Shown here: piece by piece, positions 34,031 to 48,047 of the stretch
Numbering within the stretch: the first letter of the stretch is position 1
Layout: each line of letters opens with the position of its first letter
Source: Squalus acanthias
Lineage: Eukaryota
Reading direction: 5' to 3'
NCBI GenBank assembly: GCA_030390025.1
Contig: CM059432.1
Location: 103,790,001-103,854,000 of the forward strand
DNA: 64,000 bases
Translations under genes and position numbers: made by a program
The notes under the pieces: generated by a model
Told to the model about the DNA's origin: nothing
The model's database searches: none
Seen by the model: only the letters and a program-made list of their open reading frames with translations

Positions 34031-34175
34031 ATGATGTGGAGATGCCGGTGTTGGACTGGGGTGGACAAATGTGAGAAGTCGCACAACACCAGGTTATAGT
34101 CCAACAGTTTTATTTGAAATCAAATGATTTCAAATAAAGCTGTTGGACTATAACCTGGTGTTGTGCGACTTCTCA
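34031..34175. mobile_element. Penelope-like pLTR pieces joined head-to-head (hairpin 34072-34175)
   Basis: 51-bp near-perfect arms with a 2-nt spacer; same sequence as downstream of the hammerheads. Confidence 0.85.
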
Positions 34176-35289
34176 AATTTAAGTAGAGGCACTGAATGAA
34201 GTATTGTGGGTATTGAGGAATGGTTTGAGTGATCCAGCTCCAACAGATTGCGAAGTATACAGCATCTCAGAGGGACTAGAAGCAATTTAGTTGACTCTCT
34301 CTCAGCGATGACAGATTGTTCTGCTTCCATAAAGTCAATTCTCCTGCTGATCTCTGGTTACCAGAATCCTGTTCCCACTACCAGTGGAACAGCTGGTGTG
34401 TGTGCCAACAAGGCTGCTTTCCCTCACAACAGCAGCACACTATCAGCTCCCTGCAGAGGCCTACAACTTTGCAGAACCAGACTGCCACAGAGCCTGTAAC
34501 AAAGAGTCAAGCTGTTGCGTGTCCATCCCAGGTCTCAGGGTCCCTGAAAGCAGAGCACCTCCATCCCAAAAGACACATAGTAGTTTTCAGCAGCCATCTC
34601 CATCTCAGACCCAAAGTCCTCAGGTGGTACATAGAAGATGTGTTAGAATACAGCAGAGAAAATATCACGCATTCACAATGGTCATGCACAGTGAAGAAAC
34701 CAAGTGATATTTTTGTAAATACTAGTAATAAATCACTGTAATTATTGATGAAATGACTGCTTAGTGTTTGGTCATCTTGCAAGACAATAGAGAATGAGTA
34801 CTGTGCTGATGTTGAGGCTTGTGGCTATGATGTGAAGGCTAGTTGTGAGGAGTGAGGATTTTACTTAGACTCTAGACACATTAGTGAGAGGAGGCTGGTC
34901 TTTAATAGACTGAGACCTTAAAAAAATATTTATCTAGGCATCTGTGACTGTGTCCTGAATGAGTTTGACACTCAGTTGACTAGCAGTACTAGCCCTGGAC
35001 CTGCTTCATGATCTTCATGGGTCTGGTCTTCAGCATTAGCCATCTCTGTGGCATCCTCCAGGACATCATCCAGCAGGCCTTTTTGGATAGAAAAGTTATG
35101 AAGCAAAAAGGGTCAATTTAAATATTCAAGACTGAGATCGATAGATTTTTGTTAGGTAGGGGTATCAAGGAATATGAAACAAAGCCGGGTAAATGGAGTT
35201 GAGGTACAGATCATCCATGATCTAATTAAATGGCGGAACAGGCTCAAGGGCTTGAATTACGTACTTCTGTTCTTATGTTTCCTAACACA

Positions 35290-36005
35290 TTACCAGAAAT
35301 CACAAAACAGTGCTTGATGCATACTGCAGGGCAGTACAGGACCGAACCAGGCATCAGAACTTTCCAATAAGCATTCCAGTGTAGCAGTAGCGGTCCTATG
35401 AAGTGGCAACATGAGCCATGGGAGCAATGGGTATCCCTCATCATCCAGGAGCAATCCTGCCCTTTGCCCCTGCTGTTCAAATAGAGGTGGGACACTGGAG
35501 TGGCAAAGTATAAAAGCATCAGTGACAGCTCCCAATATATCAAGAATTCATGTGTAGGAAGCTGTGCCTATTATCACAAACGAGCTACCCATTTAGGGAA
35601 TGAAAGCCTTTGCTTTGGAGGAATACATTTGGGACACACAATGCCACATAGGTGTAATCAATAACCCCCACAACTCTATGGAATCCAGCAGCTCTGAAAA
35701 AGTTTACTGCCCTCTCACTCATCTGCTCGGACCACTGTTGAAATTTATAAACTGAACTGCCCTTGCAAAGGCAGCATTGATGACTTTCCTTATGCATGAA
35801 TGCACAGCGAATGAGCTGATCTGGCAAAAGTCCCCTAAGCGTCTTTGGAATGAGCCTGTAGTGTAAACGTTGAGAGCTTTGGTCGCTTTCTCTGCCACAG
35901 TCAGAGCTGTCCATGGAGTGGACCTTGTTTGGAGATCTGGCTTCAACAGTGAATAGAGTTCTTCCAGGGCTTCATCACTGAAGCTCAGCCTCCTGAGACA
36001 CAGCT
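35290..36005 (-). pseudogene. Old Harbinger transposase remnant
   Basis: KALNVYTTGSFQ, AGFHRVVGVIDYTYV, KGFHSLN and LLDDEGYPLLPWLM in shifted frames. Confidence 0.8.
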
Positions 36006-36072
36006 CGAGAAAGATCTTGCTGGCAGAAGGTGCCCTTCAATTGATTCAATGCCACTGTGCTATGGACAGTAA

Positions 36073-37855
36073 GGCCGGAATTTTACCGGCGCTGAGAGGG
36101 CAGGATCGGAGGCGAATCAGCTGTCAAAATAGAAAAGATTGACAGCGGGTCAAGAACCCACTGTCAAACTGCCTCCACGCGAGTCTCCCAGGTGTCGGGT
36201 ATGTCAGCGCTGAACAGACCCGACACCAAACGGCAGGGAGACAATTTAGATCATTAAATGCATTGTTAAGAGGCAATTAAGTCTTATTTTAAGCTTACCT
36301 TTAGATTTTTAGAGTTCGCCAACGGCTTCCCTGCTGCTCGGGGATTACGTCAGGTAAGGAGGTCGGGAGTTGTGTCAGCATGGGATGATTTACTAACTTG
36401 AAAGCTGCAAATGGTCTATAAAAGCTCCCATTTCATAGGTCTTCACTTTCCAAGGTTAGAAGCTGTTGTTTACTGCATTAGCATTTGCATTTGTTATGCA
36501 GCTAGCAAGTGTTTGGAGCAAACTCTCTATCCAGTGTCACCTCATTGGAACAACCTCTCTCACCATTGACAGATCGCTTCTGTCATCTCAACCACAACTG
36601 CTATCTATTCTATCAGCATCGGTGCCCTTGAAACTATCTCACCTTGGTCCTCAGAATCCCACCATGATCAACCCCAACACCAGCAGCACCAGGTGCACCA
36701 GCAGTACCAACAATACCAACCTTCTCCGCAATCAGCTGATGCTGCACAGGTCAGAGGGCATCAACACCCGACCACATTGCTGCCTGGGATGCCGGGGATA
36801 GCATCACCATGGCCAGATTTACTTCACTTGACGCGGCACACCCTGGCTGCCACATGATGCGCCAGATTGGCACCACCCCACACCAACACCATAAAGCATC
36901 CCTACAATGCCCCAAGCCATTCCTTTCAAACTCGTCACCATTGGTGTGGGGAGATACCCTTATATCTCACCATTCATTGCAACTCACTAAGCCACTTCTA
37001 AAGGTGCACACGGATCTGTCCAAGAAGGCAAAGTGTTGAAAATAAAGATTTCAATGTTTGACAACACATTAACAGAAACTTTACATGAACATTGGCTAAA
37101 CCATTCAAGTGCCTACCCTCGTGTGTTGTTAGTTGGTATGCTTGCAGTAGGATGAGGGTGAGCGTGAGGGGTGGCTACTAAGATGGGGATGTGATAATGT
37201 AGATAGAGAGGGATGGGTGGAGGTGCAAGGTAAGTTGGTGTGAGTAAAGATGTGCAGGAGTAGGGTAGCGAAGGCAGAATGATGGGGATGTGATGAGTGG
37301 CACAGCAGGGTGAGGTTGAGTGTGGCTTGGCAGTAACATTTCGTGATCTACTGAGATCATTGAAAGGTTTGCGCCACTGTAACCTGGTCCTCCTGACGAC
37401 ATTCCTGCTTGTGCCCTCCTGTGCAATGTGCAACCAGGCTGCGTTGGTCTCCTGGGGAGGTTTTTTCCGCCCATTGGAAGGGAAGAGACCCTCCCTGCGT
37501 CCTGTGACTCCCTCCAGTATATGGAGGGAGTCATGGGTGAGTCTGGGTGCAGCCCTGCACCTTTGTGCAGTTCTTGTCAGTGTTTGTAGCACCTCAATGC
37601 TGTAGAACACTGACAGCACAACTGTCAAACTAAATTTGGACATGGCCCCTTTAAGGAAGCCGGCTGATGATGCGTCATCAAATGATGTCATCAGACCCGC
37701 TTCCTTTTAATTGGCCTTGAACCTCGCTGGGCGGGCTTAACAAGCCCAATCAACGTAAAATCACTTGGCGAGAGCGGGCTGCAGCAGGCAGCGGGCTGGG
37801 ACCATGCTACCAAACTTAGCCGCCCAGACCCGCCTTGGTCGGCGAAATCGTGGCC
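36073..37855 (+). mobile_element. Internally deleted Harbinger element (family J/K)
   Basis: GGCCGGAATTTT ... GAAATCGTGGCC, TSD TAA/TAA; transposase end MARF remnant; Myb exon 1 remnant on minus strand. Confidence 0.88.
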
Positions 37856-38160
37856 TAAAAATCAGCCAAGTTCCACTGCTGACCCTTTCTGGAAACTCCG
37901 CTTGAGGACACGATCAGAATTTGATACTTTCAATCACTGATCAGGCCTGTAAAAGAAGAGTAGGTCATAGTTGGGCATGGTGCCAGAGGTGCTGTCGGCA
38001 CATATGGGCCTAAACAGAAGTAACTGATTCTGGGAGGAAAAAGGAAAAAAATGGAAATGGAATCAGGAGGCAATCTGACTCCTGAGCACACTGAAGCCAG
38101 GAGCTTTAAGAGGTAGCCTCACACTGTTTGATATTCATACTAGGTGGAATATAACTCCAG

Positions 38161-39405
38161 CCTGGTACCTGAACTTAAACAAAGGTAATTACAAAGGTAT
38201 GAAGGCAGACTTGGTTAAAGTGGACTGGGAAAATATATTACAGGGTAAGACTGTAGAAAAGCAGTGGCAAACATTTAAGGAGATATTTCATAACTCTCAG
38301 CAAAGATATATTCCAGTGAGAAAGAAAGACTCTAAGAGAAGGGAGCACTATCCGTGGCTAACTAAGGAAGTAAAGGATGGTATCTAATTGAAAACAGAAG
38401 CATACAGTGTTGCAAAGAATAGTGAAGGGCCAGAGGATTGGGAAACTTTTTAAAACCAGCAAAGGACAACTAAAAAAATGATAAAGAGAGAGAAGATAGC
38501 TTATGAGAGCAAGCTAGCAAGAAATATAAAAACAGACAGTAAGAGCTTCTACAGGTATATAAAAAGGAAGAGAGTAGCTAAAGTAAACGTTGGTCCCCTA
38601 GAGGATGAGTCTGGGGAACTAATAATGGGAAACAGGGAAATGGCGGAGACTTTGAACAAATATTTTGTATCGGTCTTCACGGTAGAAGAGGGATCTGAGG
38701 GTCCTTGTACATGAATCACAAAAAGTTAGCATGCAGGTACAGCAAGTAATTAGGAAGGCAAATGGAATGTTGGCCTTTATTGCAAGGGGGCTGGAGTATA
38801 AAAGCAGGGAAGTCCTGTTACAACTGTACAGGGCATTGGTGAGACCACACCTGGAGTACTGCGTACAGTTTTGGTCTCCTTATTTAAGGAAGGATGTACT
38901 TGCATTGGAGGCAGTTCAGAGACGATTCACTAGGTTGATTCTGGAGATGAAGGGGTTGTCTTATGAAGAAAGGTTGAGCAGGTTGGGCCTGTACTCATTG
39001 GAATTTAGAAGAATGAGAGGGGATCTTATTGAAACATATAAGATTCTGAAGGGGCTTGACAGGGTAGATGCAGAGAGGATGTTTCCCTTTGTGGGGGAAT
39101 CTAGAACTAGGGGGCATAATTTCAGAATAAGGGGGCACCCTTTTAAATCGGAAATGAGAAGGAATTTCTTCTCTCAGAGAGTCATGAATCTTTGGAATTC
39201 TCTTCCCCAGAGAGCTGTGGAGGCTGGGTCATTGAATATATTTAAGGTGGAGATAGACAGATTTTTGAAAGGTAAGGGCGTCAAGGGTTATGGGGAACGA
39301 GCAGGGAAGTGGAGTTGAGGCCAAGATCAGATCAGCCATGATCTTATCGAATGGCTCGAGGGGCCAAATGACCTACTCCTGCTCCTACGTCTTATGTTCT
39401 TATGT
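38161..39405 (+). mobile_element. CR1 LINE, internally deleted
   Basis: KTDSKSFYRY and KANGMLAFI...WNSLPQ peptides; (TTCTTATG)n tail. Confidence 0.9.
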
Positions 39406-40033
39406 AGGCCTTGTTTTAAAAGCTCCCAAACAACGTTGAGTGTTCTGGAAACTTCTTAAACTCTCCATGAATCTTTTTAATGTATGGAGGGAGATGCTAC
39501 TCATGCCATCTTTCTCACAAACCATTAAAGATTAGTTGTCTGGGGAGCAAAGTTCAATGTGTGGTGCAGCCATTAGTATAACTTGCATCTGTTGGCTGCA
39601 CATTGCAACACAAAGCTACTGCTATAACAGCACCTAAGTCTAAACTAACTAAACTTCTCAAATTATGGGAAAATTCAGCAAGGCTCTGCTCCCATTGAGG
39701 TGCCTTGCTAGATCAACTGCAGATTGGAGTTAGGACTATAACACTGAAACCTAATTCTCTAGTCTGCAGTCCCATCTAGCAAAGCTCCTAATGAGGAACC
39801 TCACCTTGCTGAATTAACTCTTTAATATAAATTCACAGAAGATTGAGGCAGGCTTTCAATCTCCACCATCTTTAATGTGGAAATGTAAACATTTTGTTTA
39901 CAGATAAAAGACTGAAAATCTTGATGACAATATGCCTTCTTCTTCCAATTTTGACCTAATTCTCCCTTCCTCTCCGGAGTGCAGTGACTCAAACTGGGAT
40001 ATGTCTCCACAGAGACCAGTGCCCAACATCCAC

Positions 40034-41447
40034 TGTAAAATTTGCAATTATCGCGATTCAAAATAACGAGATAAAGCAGATTCGTTTCATCAGTTTTATT
40101 TCAACGAAATGCTGTCATGATTAAACAGGACACAGAAGCCTGTAAAATGGCCGCCGCGCCTCGTGGCAGAAGCTTCCAGAATTTTCAGTGGGCAGACAAA
40201 ATGGCGTTCGAATAAACATTTCAGTTAATACGCAGCAAACACTGATAAAGACAGGATGTAACCTGTCTGCATTCGACACAATAGCAAGAGATATAAGTGC
40301 TGGAATCATTTTCCATACACAAGTAAGGACCATTGTACTGGGCAATCGAAGGCCCATCCAGATACATCAATACGCAAATTCCCCACGGCTCTACAATGAG
40401 AGAGCCATTCTCGGGTGATTAAGTCAGTATTCGAGGAGGCCCCAAAACCAGTCAGGGAGACTCCTAGCCGGTTCGACAATGGGGAAAACATTAACGGATA
40501 GTTGGCCAGTTTAAGGTGCTACCGAAACCCATTAAAGGAAAGAATCGCCCCATGCTGGGAGTTTTGTGCACCAATATTACACAAAGGACAAACATTAAGA
40601 TTTGAGCGGGAGATAAGGGAACCCAGCACTATAACTATAGTGAACAAATGTCCATCGGTCTCTTGACTCGCTTATTCGCTTGAACCGACCCTTATCTCTG
40701 CGGACTCTTGACTCGGGCTGAACTCTTGATTCGACTATTATTCTCTTATCTGGCTGATGACTGCTGAACTCTTATTCGCTTGCCGCTTCATGGACTCACT
40801 TGACTGGTGAGCTTTTGACTGTCTCTCTGGACTTCTACAACCGTGTCCGAGTTCTGTCGAGTTCGTCATGACAACAGGGAGTCGGGCCTGCCTGCCGCAG
40901 CAGCGAAGATAAACAAGTGGGGTACAGAGACCCCTCCAAACACGTGACAGTCAGGTGCTGCAGCGAAACGAGCCGAGTGCCTCAGTTTAAAATTCTCCGA
41001 AGTATCACGAGTGGTGAGCATGTTTCCTCGATCCTACAAATCTAGATTAGTGTAGGTATTGATAGGGGAGGGTGGTTTTTATTAAGGATAAATATAATGT
41101 GTTCCCCTTTTTACGATGTGCCGTGCGTTCCTCATTACCCTAGACCAAGCTTTATGAATGTATGTATACTTGTACTGTCGTTAATTTGTGCCTATGACAT
41201 GTACTTCATGATTTTGGACGCTATGCAATAAAGATTTCCATTTCGTACTATTCAACCGGGTCTATTTGAGTTTTCTCTGCATTACTGCTCTCGCACCTAA
41301 GTCCAGTGTTAGAACCGTAAGGGCGAGTGGGTCGAACCACTCACAGGTGCTTATTGCAACAAGGCTGGCCGGAGACCAGAGCAAGCAATAGTATTAGGCA
41401 ACGAAGGCCTAACCCCGCACAAGCACCCTACGACCGAACCCCTTACA
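40034..41447 (+). mobile_element. Solo LTR (1414 bp), family of 5950-7540
   Basis: TGTAA...TTACA; flanks CCAC/CCTC; TATA-like ATAAATATAA near 41087 and AATAAA near 41227. Confidence 0.85.
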
Positions 41448-41732
41448 CCTCCCTCTCCTGGTGCATCACCCAAGTGATAATTCTGTCAGGTATGAGTTTG
41501 GACACTGAATGTTAATAGGCTATTCAACTATACAAACCATCACAGCTGAGTCAAATTCTGACCTCATCCAGTGACCACACACATACAATTCCAGCATCGG
41601 ATTTTGGATAGCAATCAGGATTGTGAACCTTAACCAATCCAAGACACTGAGGCTAATTGTAATTCCTCAACCACCAACCCAAATGACAGCAGCTAACTCA
41701 GCACAGTCCAGGAATCAACCTTGGGACCTACT

Positions 41733-44700
41733 GGGCTCGATTTTAATAGCCCTGAGGAGGCGGGTCTGTAGCAAAAATCAGAAAAAATGGCTTCAGACAC
41801 CCAACCCGCCTCCAACCCGCCCCCACCCGATTTTCGTGAGTGTCTGTTCAGCCGCTCCTGAACTGACCCGACTGGAACCGGTGGGACAGGTAGTTCAGGC
41901 AATTAACAGCCTGTTAACTGCCTTGTTAATCCTATTTTGATAGTGGTTTCCCATTTTTGTGCTTCTGGCTCCTGTTTCCCGACTTGTCAGAAACAGGCCA
42001 GCTTCAAGGAAACGAGTTGCTGGAGGACATGGTTTGTAGTCATTGGTGGAGCGCTTTAAAAACGCCCCTGAAACATGGCTGACGTTCAAATGCAACAACT
42101 TTGCTGTTGTAGGTATGGGATAAGCTTTTGCACATCTACTGACCTTGTGACTGTTCAAGCTGACACCCCTCTGCAGTGTGACCCGAATGGAATAATTTGA
42201 GGCCACTTCGAGTGTGCGCTTGCAAGCTTGTTGCCTCAAATGAAATCTATAGCAAAGGGATGGGAAAAATTTATGTTTTCTCATCCTGGTCCTCATAATC
42301 GGAAGAGCAGCCGCATGGCTCACCACAGATCTTCCTGGGAAGAGGAGGAGGAGGAGGACGAGGGGCATCTTGCATGCCCTGTTGTGACCAATGCAGCATC
42401 CCTCCAGTTCACTGCTGCCCGTCAAGCAGGGTATGCACACTGCCATGCCACATTAGCATAAGCTTATTCTTCAACCATAGCTGGCTATCATATGGCTCTG
42501 TAATTGCAGACGACATTTGTCCAACATCATTCATCATTTCTGCTATACCCTGATATTTCCTATCACTTTCACCATCAGCATTACAAAAGCAAGTTGCCCT
42601 GAGCCCTCAATGCACTTTTGCCATTTCCCAGAACGCATAGGCCACACAATCAACTGTTTGCCATAATTTTTCTTTTACACATGACAAAAGGATAATAAAC
42701 CAAGAACAGTCAGAAAAAAAAGACAAAACACCCAAGTGAGTCCCCTTGTGACTATAGGTGCTTAATCTTTCTCTTACGTGCTTCTACGTGGTGCTTCCCC
42801 TGTGGCTTCAGCAGATGTAGAGGCACCTTGCTGACTACGATGCTGCGCCTGCTTAAGATGCCTTTGTGGGCATCTCTGGGTTTGGGAGCCTGGGAGGGCT
42901 CTTCAACAGTCTGCTCTTCCTACGGCTGTGCAGGGGCTGAAACGGCCATCTCAGTTGTCTCCGCAAAGTGGGTCTCTGACCGAGGGCTCCGCAATGGCAT
43001 GGTCATGTGAGCGCTTGAGAGGAGCCCACACTTCCTTGTGTCCTGCCAACAACATCCCTCTCATGGGTCAGCCGCACCTCAGTGCTGGCAAGTGGCTGGA
43101 GAGCACCTTGCTGCACATCAGGGGGGCCATGAGGACCCGTATCTTCACTGGCAGTCCTCATCACAAGGACGTCCTTGATGCTCTGGTCTCTCTGCTCAAT
43201 AGCTGCCCATTACTCCTCCAGAGATGACATTATATTTTGAACAATCACCATGTTTTCCTGACTCTGGCGACTTATTTCCTCCATGGCGGTAGCCAGCCTT
43301 TCCATGGAGGTTGCCATCCTATCCATTGTGGTGCGTTCATGTGCCATTGCCTCCACCACGGCAGTGTTGATGTTCGAGATGGACTCCTCCATTCTATTCA
43401 CACTCGCACTAACCCTGGAGGCAAACCCTTCCAGAGACTCCTGCACTTGTTCCTGTATTTCCCGAGATGCTCTTTTTCTGGATGGGCCCAGAGGCACAGC
43501 GTCTGCATGCAGCTCAGCAGAGCTGAGCAGACCTCCGCCGAGGACTCTCCACTGCTGTTGCTGTCTCCACCATCTGCTGATGCTCACTTGTGCACTGTGA
43601 TAGACCAGGTGGCAACACTACTCTAACTCGCGAGGGGCCCCACTGAGGTGTGCGTTGCTGCACTGGTGCTGGGTGTGCTGAGTCCTGGTGACGCTGGTCC
43701 CTCAGAGGCTTCAGGTTCCTCTAAGGATTTGTCCGGCTCTCCGTCCTGGATTGTGGGGAGGGGGGCGCTCGATGGTCCTGTGGGAGTGTAAAGGCATGAT
43801 TTAGACATCTGATATTGATGTAGCAGACACATACTTTTGAGCTGATGATACAAAGCGATTCTCTATGAACATCATATGCCATTGCTTTCTGAGAGGGATG
43901 AAACTCTATTATGTCACGAACTTCCTCTAGTGTGCCCGTCTCTTCATCGCCCACTTCCAGGTCCTCGCCACCTCCAACAATCTCGTATGTAGCCTCCTCA
44001 GCACTGGTCAATGTTGCAAGGGAAGCTGTTCCTCCTCCAGTCATTACTCTCTCCCTCTTATTGTGGGCTATCTTTTCCTGCAAGGAGGGACACAAGCGGT
44101 GCTTCAGCTACAGTGATGGAGTGAGTGTGAATAATCCCTACCATAGAAGCTTTGAGGGAGACGAAGATGGGGTAAGGTGCCAAGAGGAAGGTAGCTCCCT
44201 GTGCGTTGTTAGTTGTTGTCACTGCATGACAGTGAGAGCGAGTCTAAAGGGGTGCATAGGCAGGATGCTGAAGTGATTCAGTGCAGAGACAGAGATGGAT
44301 AGGTAAGGGTGCAAGGGAAGTAAGAGTAAGGTGGGATGTGGAGGAGCAGGCTTACAAAGCAGAGTGCTGGTGATGAGAAGGGAAGGGAAGCAGATTGAAG
44401 GTAAGTGTGATGGGATACTCACTTTTGATGTTTGCACAAGATCATTAAACCGTTTTCGGCACTGGATCCAGGAGCGTGCATTAATGGACCTTGCGCTCAC
44501 CTCCTCAGCAATGCGCAGCCAGGCTACCTTGGTCTGCTGAGGAGGCTTCCTCCAGCCATCAGGAGGGAAGAGAATCTCCCTGCGCCCTCTGACAGCATCC
44601 ACAAGAGCATGGAGGGAGTCATCATTAAAACGAGGAGCTGCCTTGCCTCTGGAAGAAGTCATTGTGGATAGATCAATCTCAATGAGTATCAGAAACCAGA

Positions 44701-44933
44701 AGAGAAAGGCTTAGGCTGAATGGCACCTCCAAAAGCAGCTGCTATGATGATGTCATCAGAGGCGACCAGCCGACTCGATCACACTCGTTGGACCGGCCAG
44801 CGCGTCCCATTGAAGTCAACAAGCTGATTAAATCAAAATCGGACATCAGCAGCTGATCCCGCCGGAAGCGGCTCCAGAACCCGCCCACCACACAACCCGA
44901 CTCCAACCCGCCTCCTCTATAAAAATCGAGCCC
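41733..44933 (+). mobile_element. Harbinger element lacking most of the transposase but retaining the partner gene (element I)
   Basis: Perfect 12-bp TIR GGGCTCGATTTT / AAAATCGAGCCC, flanks ACT/TCT; acidic transposase C-terminal remnant near 42310-42460. Confidence 0.9.
42753..44662 (-). pseudogene. Myb/SANT-like partner gene; exons 44662-44423, 44077-43918, 43777-~42753
   Basis: 80-codon exon 1 (APRFNDDSL...W..IAEEVSA...RSWIQCRKRFNDL) and 160-nt exon 2 are open; exon 3 has stops at 43623 and 43210. Confidence 0.88.
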
Positions 44934-45118
44934 TCTGTGTCTGTACAGCTCAGTAGCGCATTGTATGATCTATTTACCCACTGAGCTATCAGGGTACTTT
45001 TAATGAGATGTGCAAGATTTCTGGTATATGCCATGAATAACATTATCCTTATACTGTAATATTTTTTAAATGCAGTAGTTTAACATGCATTGTGGTAGAG
45101 AGAAGATACAGAGTCTAT

Positions 45119-45858
45119 GGGTGAAAAATTGAGTCGCGCCCCTTTGGGGCGCTAACTTCGCCAGGACGCAACTTTTAGTGCCCCGGAAAAATTAGCGCCC
45201 CCGCGACTGAAATTGAGTGGTAGCGCCCCAAGAGGGAAGCGGGTCACTACTGGAAGTGCCCCGCCTCCCTCTTGGGGCGCTGCGAGGGAATATTGCGGCG
45301 CTACATGCCACGGTATTGCAGGCCTTCCTCCCCTTCTTAAAGGGGAGGGGCCTTGCGCAGCGCGACCCAGGGCCCATCTGGGCCACCAGGGATCGGGAGT
45401 GCCAGCACAAGAGCCCGGCACTCAAGAGAAGTGCCGGGCTCATGGAGTGCAGCCGGCACTCCGCGGGGGGGAGTGGGGCGGGTAAGGAGGCCGGGGACGG
45501 CAGCGGGGGCAGGTGCTGGCAGGCGGCCAGCAACAAAAATGGCTGCCCGGCACCTTGCCTTTAAATAGCGCCGCCCCGGCCGCAGGTAGGCCCCCGTCGG
45601 ACATAGCGTCTGGCGGTAAGTCAGGGGGCGCTACCAAAGATCGCAGCCGGGGCGCGAGCGGGGCGCTGCGCACGGCGATGACGTCATCGCTGGCGGCGCA
45701 GTGCCGCAGAGCGCTAACGGTTAGCGCCGCTGCTAACCTCCCGCTGAATTTCGCGGGAGGCACTGGCGGCGCCACGCCCGGGCGTGAGTTGCTTTGCACT
45801 CTGTTAGCGCCCTCTTAGGGCGCTAACGGGAGGCGCAAAGCAACCGAATTTTTCCCCC
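45119..45858. mobile_element. Harbinger-type MITE (GCGC-rich, CpG-rich)
   Basis: GGGTGAAAAATT ... AATTTTTCCCCC, TSD TAT/TAT. Confidence 0.9.
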
Positions 45859-46419
45859 TATATCCCTAAATATTACTAGTTAACATTACCATATTGCATG
45901 TACACTTAGGAACTTTCGATCTCCATCCTGTCCAATTACCGTCCCATTTCTATCCTTCTCTTCCCTTCCTCTGTAAGTTCCTTGAACACACCATGCAAAT
46001 TCACACCCATCGCCCCCATCACTCCCTGTTCAAGTCCCCTCAGTTCACTTTTGTCCTGTCGCAGGAGTAAGACAAAGTTACAAATAATATCCTGTGTGAC
46101 TGTATCCCTCCTCAACCTCTCTACAGCCTTCATTATGGTCAACCTCTTCATCTTCCTGCATCACTTATCTTCTGCACTCTCCAATGGGCAACTCCCAGCA
46201 TTGCTCTTACATCTCCTACAGTGGCTCCTCTTCCTGTGCTCACACGATCACTCTCTGGCTCCATCCTCAGCCCCCTCCTATTCTTTCATGTACATGCTGC
46301 ATTGTCCATAAGCATTGGGGTCACCTTTCATTGGTATGTTGATGACATCCAGCTTTACTTCTGCAAGACCACCCTCCATTCCACAACTAAACATGCCGGA
46401 ACAAAGCTATCCTGTTTAG

Positions 46420-47258
46420 TTAAGAACATAAGAACATAAGAACATAAGAAATAGGAGCAGGAGTAGGCCAATCGGCCCCTCGAGCCTGCTCCGCCATTCA
46501 ATAAGATCATGGCTGATCTGATCCTAACCGCCAATCTGCTATCTATCACAGAACCATCTCCTGCATCTAACAGAATTGCACACACGAAATAGGAGCAGAA
46601 TCAGGCTACACAGTCCCTGGGCCCGCTCCACTACCCACAGGGCCATGACCGATCCGAACCTAGACTCATGTCCAAATTCCTGCCCGCTCCCCGTAACCCT
46701 TAATGCCCTTTACTTCTAGGAAACTGTCTATTTCTGTTTTAAATTTAATTAATGTTGTAGCTTCTACAGCTTTTTGTGGCAGCATATTCCATGGACCTAC
46801 CACCCTCTGAGTGAAGTAGTTCCTCCTCATCTCAGTTTTGAAAGAGCAGCCCCTTATTCTAAGACTATGTCCCCTAGTTCTCGTCTCACCCGTCATCGGG
46901 AACATCCTCCCCGCATCCACCCGATCCAACCCCTTCACAATCTTATATGTTTCAATAAGATCGCCTCTCATTCTTCTGAACTCCAATGAGTAGAGTCCCA
47001 ATCTACCCAACCTCATATGACCACCCCCTCATCCCCGGGATTAACCGAGTGAACCTTTTTTGCACTGCCTCGAGAGCAAGGATGTCTTTCCTTAAGTAAG
47101 GACACCAAAACTGTATGCAGTATTCCAGGTGCGGTCTCACCAATACCTTGTACAACTGAAGCAATACCTCCCTATTTTTATATTCTATCCCCCTAGCAAT
47201 GAAAGCCAACATTCCATTTGCCTTCTTAATCACTTGCTGCACCTGCATACTAACCTTT
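46420..47258 (-). mobile_element. CR1 LINE 3' fragments
   Basis: (CATAAGAA)n tail; KANGMLAFIARG and VRPHLEYC peptides. Confidence 0.88.
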
Positions 47259-48009
47259 TGAGTTCTCTCTGAAAACCCTGCACTCTGGTTATGGATTCCA
47301 TCCCCTTCTCGGGATGCTCACTTATATATATATTGTTTTTCTGTGTGGCTAAATATTAATGAAGGGTTCAAATGACAAAAAAAATTAGTTAAAATATTAG
47401 GAAGTTAGGAGTAAGAAGAAAAATTAGGCAGAATTTTTTCGCCCCAGAGTAGTAGAATTGTAAAATAAGTTACCAGGAATTACCCTTGATACTAGCCGTG
47501 TAAATTGATTCAAGAGACAATTAAGGGGGTACATTTTGTGAGGCCGAAAACCACTGGCAGGACCTCACACGCAGCAAGTGCATATTCTAAAATCATGGAC
47601 AGCATGCTTGCGATTTTGCAATATGCAGGCATGGCTAGCGAGCGTTACAGGGCTGCACAAATGTATCCTTCGGCACTCTTCAGGATAGAGAAGAAATTGA
47701 GCAACATGATGAGAAAGCAGCTAGATGGAGTTGGCTTACCAAAAAGGCCTCAATCAGGATATCGGGTTCATGTCACGATACAGAACGTGACTTGACATCG
47801 TTGCCGGTCTTTCCAGTTTTTAAAAAAAAAGCAAACACAAGAAACAAACCCAAATGGAGAGGATATGCAGCCAGTGTTGGACCCCCTGGGACACATCTCA
47901 TTGTCTTGGCTGTGCTCTTAGTGTGTCTTTGATGTAGGGAAAGATTTAATCTATGCATTTTCTCTGTGTTTATATTCTGTGAATTCTGATAGATTCTCTC
48001 ACAGTAACT

Positions 48010-48047
48010 TTACCTGACGAAGGGGCGACAGCTCCGAAAGCTTGTAA
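48010..48047 (+). ncRNA. Minimal hammerhead ribozyme motif in a Penelope-like fragment (~47940-48095)
   Basis: TTAC-CTGACGA-A-GGGGC-gaca-GCTCC-GAAAGCTT-GTAA. Confidence 0.75.

Noticed and set aside
45119..45858. CpG-island promoter (also 16990-17658)
   Set aside because: CpG richness ends exactly at the TIRs; explained by young MITEs.
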